From contig JBIIJY010000005.1 of assembly GCA_044233485.1 (NCBI GenBank), positions 26,815-50,814 of the forward strand: a DNA stretch of 24,000 nucleotides, given 5' to 3'. Below the pieces are notes generated by a model. The model ran no database searches and was not told the origin of the DNA. It saw nothing but the letters and a program-made list of their open reading frames with translations. This document shows, in pieces, positions 21,970 through 24,000 of this stretch (positions are counted from its first letter, which is position 1; every line of letters begins with the position of its first letter). A program made the translations under genes and the position numbers. This DNA is from Minisyncoccia bacterium (lineage in GTDB: Bacteria; Patescibacteriota; Minisyncoccia; Phycocordibacterales; UBA6065).

Positions 21970-22010
21970 AAAATCAAAATCCACCGGTTACGGTGGATTA
22001 GATTTGGCGG
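21970..22010 (-). repeat. Terminator-like hairpin repeat, copy B (tRNA-Ser terminator)
   Basis: AAAATCAAAATCCACCgGTTACGGTGGATTAGATTTgGCGG. It overlaps the last nucleotides (CCGCCA) of tRNA-Ser and acts as its intrinsic terminator on the minus strand. Confidence 0.8.
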
Positions 22011-22094
22011 AGGAGGTGAGATTCGAACTCACGACCCAGTTGCCCGGGTGACGGTTTTCAAGACCGTTGCTTTAGACCACTCAGCCACTCCTCC
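22005..22094 (-). tRNA. tRNA-Ser (anticodon UGA), CCA encoded
   Basis: Minus-strand read: acceptor GGAGGAG/CUCCUCC, anticodon stem ACGGU/ACCGU with loop CUUGAAA, long variable arm CACCCGGGCAACUGGGUC, T arm GUGAG-UUCGAAU-CUCAC, then G-CCA. Confidence 0.9.
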
Positions 22095-22152
22095 AATAGG
22101 AGATATAGTATCAAAAAAACGTTAAACCGCAATCTATGCTAGAATCGCTCTT

Positions 22153-22545
22153 GTGAAATACCTCGGTATTGATTTTGGTTCAAAGCGAATCGGTCTCGCA
22201 ACTTCTGATGAAAAAGGGGAGTTTGCATTTCCGTATGCGGTGGTTCCGCACACCCGCGAGCTCGTCTCGGTAATTGTTGAAATCATCAAAAAAGAGCAGA
22301 TTGAAGAAATTGTCTGTGGTGAGTCAAAAGACTATCAAATGAACGACAATCCAATTCAGGTGCAGATCAAGGCCTTTGTCGAAAACCTCCAGGCGACACA
22401 AAATATCCCTGTTCATTTTGAACCCGAGTTCATGTCGTCGCATCAAGCTACTCATTTTCAGGGAAAGACGGCCATGATTGACGCGTCGGCCGCAACAATT
22501 ATACTGCAGTCATTCTTGGACAAACAAAAACATTTACATGAATAA
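22153..22545 (+). CDS. ruvX: YqgF/RuvX-family putative pre-16S rRNA nuclease (Holliday junction resolvase-like)
   Basis: 130 aa. The MKYLGIDFGSKRIGLATSD N-terminus is typical of RuvX. GTG start, 7 nt after an extended -10 box TGcTAGAAT (22137-22145). Confidence 0.85.
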   Translation: MKYLGIDFGSKRIGLATSDEKGEFAFPYAVVPHTRELVSVIVEIIKKEQIEEIVCGESKDYQMNDNPIQVQIKAFVENLQATQNIPVHFEPEFMSSHQATHFQGKTAMIDASAATIILQSFLDKQKHLHE

Positions 22546-23122
22546 AGAAGTACTACAAACACAAGGATGGAGTGAGGGGGTAGAGGGGTTGAGTAAGAAA
22601 TTCACTTTTGAATCGAGCGCACAAGTGTGCGATTTCGTCACTCGAGTGAGTCGGCTTGCCCAAGAGCAAAAACATGACCCGGTACTGACACTCGAGGCTA
22701 CTGTCGTGACTGTGCGAACAATCACTCATGACAAGGGAGCGATTACTGAGAAAGACTATACTCTCGCTCAAGCAATCGAAACAGCTAGCCTTTTGCGCAT
22801 TGGGTATGATGATTTTGCTAAAGTCCAGATCAAGGTTGGGAAAATCTTGAGCGCCGAGCCGCTCCCAAAATCGGACAAACTCCTCCGACTTTCAGTCGAT
22901 TTTGGCGAGAAAGCACCACGACAAATCCTCTCGGGAATAGCGAAGCATTTTCCCGATCCTTCTGTGCTTGTGGGCAAACAAACAATGTTTGTCGCCAATC
23001 TCGAGCCACGAAAAATGCTCGGTGAAGAAAGTAATGGAATGCTTTTTGCGGTTTCAAATGAAACAACTTTTTCACTATTTGAAGTACCGGCAGGAATTCT
23101 TCCTGGAACTCAAGCTCATTAA
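22538..23122 (+). CDS. Fusion protein: pterin-4a-carbinolamine dehydratase-like domain plus Trbp111/CsaA-type tRNA-binding domain
   Basis: I set the start at ATG 22538 (MNKEVLQTQGW...), overlapping the ruvX stop by 8 nt. The N-terminal half has the PCD/DCoH-like pattern (W..L.KKFTF...FV..V..LAEQQKHDP......V.V.TH....IT.KD..LA). The C-terminal half (KVGKILSAEPLPKSDKLLRLSVDFGE...LVGKQTMFVANLEPRKMLGEESNGMLFA) is a classic OB-fold tRNA-binding domain. Confidence 0.7.
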   Translation: MNKEVLQTQGWSEGVEGLSKKFTFESSAQVCDFVTRVSRLAQEQKHDPVLTLEATVVTVRTITHDKGAITEKDYTLAQAIETASLLRIGYDDFAKVQIKVGKILSAEPLPKSDKLLRLSVDFGEKAPRQILSGIAKHFPDPSVLVGKQTMFVANLEPRKMLGEESNGMLFAVSNETTFSLFEVPAGILPGTQAH

Positions 23123-23177
23123 AAAAGTTATTCTCGTGTGTGGAAAGGATGAGTAAGTGTTTTGCTATACTTTCTCT

Positions 23178-24000
23178 GTGGCTCAGTCATCGATTTTAAA
23201 ATACTTTCCAATACCAGACCTTCTTTTGATGCCTTCAATCGGGCTTGATATCTCTGCTCGAGAAGTGCGAGTGGCTCGTTTTACAGGTCCGACAGGGACA
23301 TTAAAGCCGAAAGTAGTTACTTCATTACCCATCACGACGACTCTGGAGGAAACTCTGGCTCAGGTGCACACCGTTGCTGATACTCGTTTTGTACGAGCTG
23401 CTATCCCAGAGGACAAAGCGTACGTGTATATTAAGCACTTGGCAGATATCGACCCCGAAGATACCAACGCTATTCGTAGTGCGATTGAATTTTCCCTTGA
23501 AGAAGATGTGCCGCTCTCACCAGCCGAGGTGATTTTTGATGTTGATGTAATTCCACAACTCTCGACCAAGACAAAAGTAGGGGTGAGTGTCTCAGTACTC
23601 CCCCTTGAGGTCGTCTATGACTATAGTGAGAAACTTTCACAGGCAGGACTCATACCAATCTCATTTCACCTTGAGGCAAAAAGTGTTGCACGAGCCGTGG
23701 TGAAGGATGGTGATGAGAGTACGGTACTTGTAGCGCATATTCAGCAAAACAAAACTTCTGTTTGTATTTCAAGTAATCACGTTATCTTTTTCACTTCAGC
23801 GCTACAGATTGGCCACGACACCTTCAAGCTCTTCTCAGAGAAGGGGACGGTAAAGATTTCAACTACTCCGCACGATACGCTCGAGCTCTCGTACGGCGAG
23901 CTTTCAAATGAGCTGATCAAGATCATTTCATACTGGCGTGGAGTTACTCAGAAAGATGGACGACTTCCACATATCGACCGCATCATCATTGTCGGGCCTG
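23178..24000 (+). CDS. pilM: Type IV pilus assembly protein PilM (partial, 3' end off window)
   Basis: An open frame runs from the stop at 23154-23156 to the window end. FPIPDLLLMPSIGLDISAREVRVARF is the typical PilM/actin-like ATPase N-terminus. The start is ambiguous: GTG 23157 (with AAGGA 7-8 nt upstream), GTG 23178 or ATG 23229. Confidence 0.7.
   Translation, partial: MAQSSILKYFPIPDLLLMPSIGLDISAREVRVARFTGPTGTLKPKVVTSLPITTTLEETLAQVHTVADTRFVRAAIPEDKAYVYIKHLADIDPEDTNAIRSAIEFSLEEDVPLSPAEVIFDVDVIPQLSTKTKVGVSVSVLPLEVVYDYSEKLSQAGLIPISFHLEAKSVARAVVKDGDESTVLVAHIQQNKTSVCISSNHVIFFTSALQIGHDTFKLFSEKGTVKISTTPHDTLELSYGELSNELIKIISYWRGVTQKDGRLPHIDRIIIVGP

Noticed and set aside
21640-22125. 161-aa plus-strand ORF
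   Set aside because: It runs straight through the minus-strand tRNA-Ser gene, its terminator repeat and an upstream terminator. It has no SD and a low-complexity translation, so I consider it spurious.

Overview
This is a low-GC bacterial chromosome segment. The gene style (many small proteins, type IV pilus genes, short-leader promoters) suggests a reduced-genome uncultivated lineage such as CPR/Patescibacteria, but that placement is inference only. The housekeeping backbone is: ruvC (5' tip), yebC, ruvB, pilB, tsaE, polA, a holA-like gene, tRNA-Lys(UUU), a SpoU/TrmH-type methyltransferase, mutM, ruvA, rpsT, an SPFH protein, a LysE exporter, tRNA-Ser(UGA), ruvX, a PCD/tRNA-binding fusion, and pilM (3' end off window). 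Several GC-richer accessory cassettes with their own promoters and terminators are embedded in this backbone.

The main finding lies at about 9.2-10.9 kb. A near-consensus promoter drives a DUF1874/AcrIII-1-like ORF (cyclic-oligoadenylate ring nuclease family; recognised from memory and needs an HMM check). Two small ORFs with strong Shine-Dalgarno (SD) sites follow it. Three complete type III hammerhead ribozymes punctuate this sense transcript, with predicted cleavage after 9830, 10272 and 10829. The third ribozyme sits directly in the 5' UTR of the methyltransferase gene. Stem III covaries among the three copies, which argues that they are functional.

Other notable items:
- A B12-binding radical SAM gene with an atypical Cx8Cx2C cluster motif, carried on a 2.1-kb unit flanked by perfect 22-bp direct repeats.
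- A candidate ~190-nt structured sRNA with its own consensus promoter, between ruvB and pilB.
- A 41-nt terminator-like repeat that duplicates the sequence adjoining the tRNA-Ser 3' end.
- A membrane fatty-acid desaturase.
- Recurrent -10 boxes only 6-12 nt upstream of start codons, suggesting leaderless mRNAs.

I saw no CRISPR array, integrase, transposase or reverse transcriptase.
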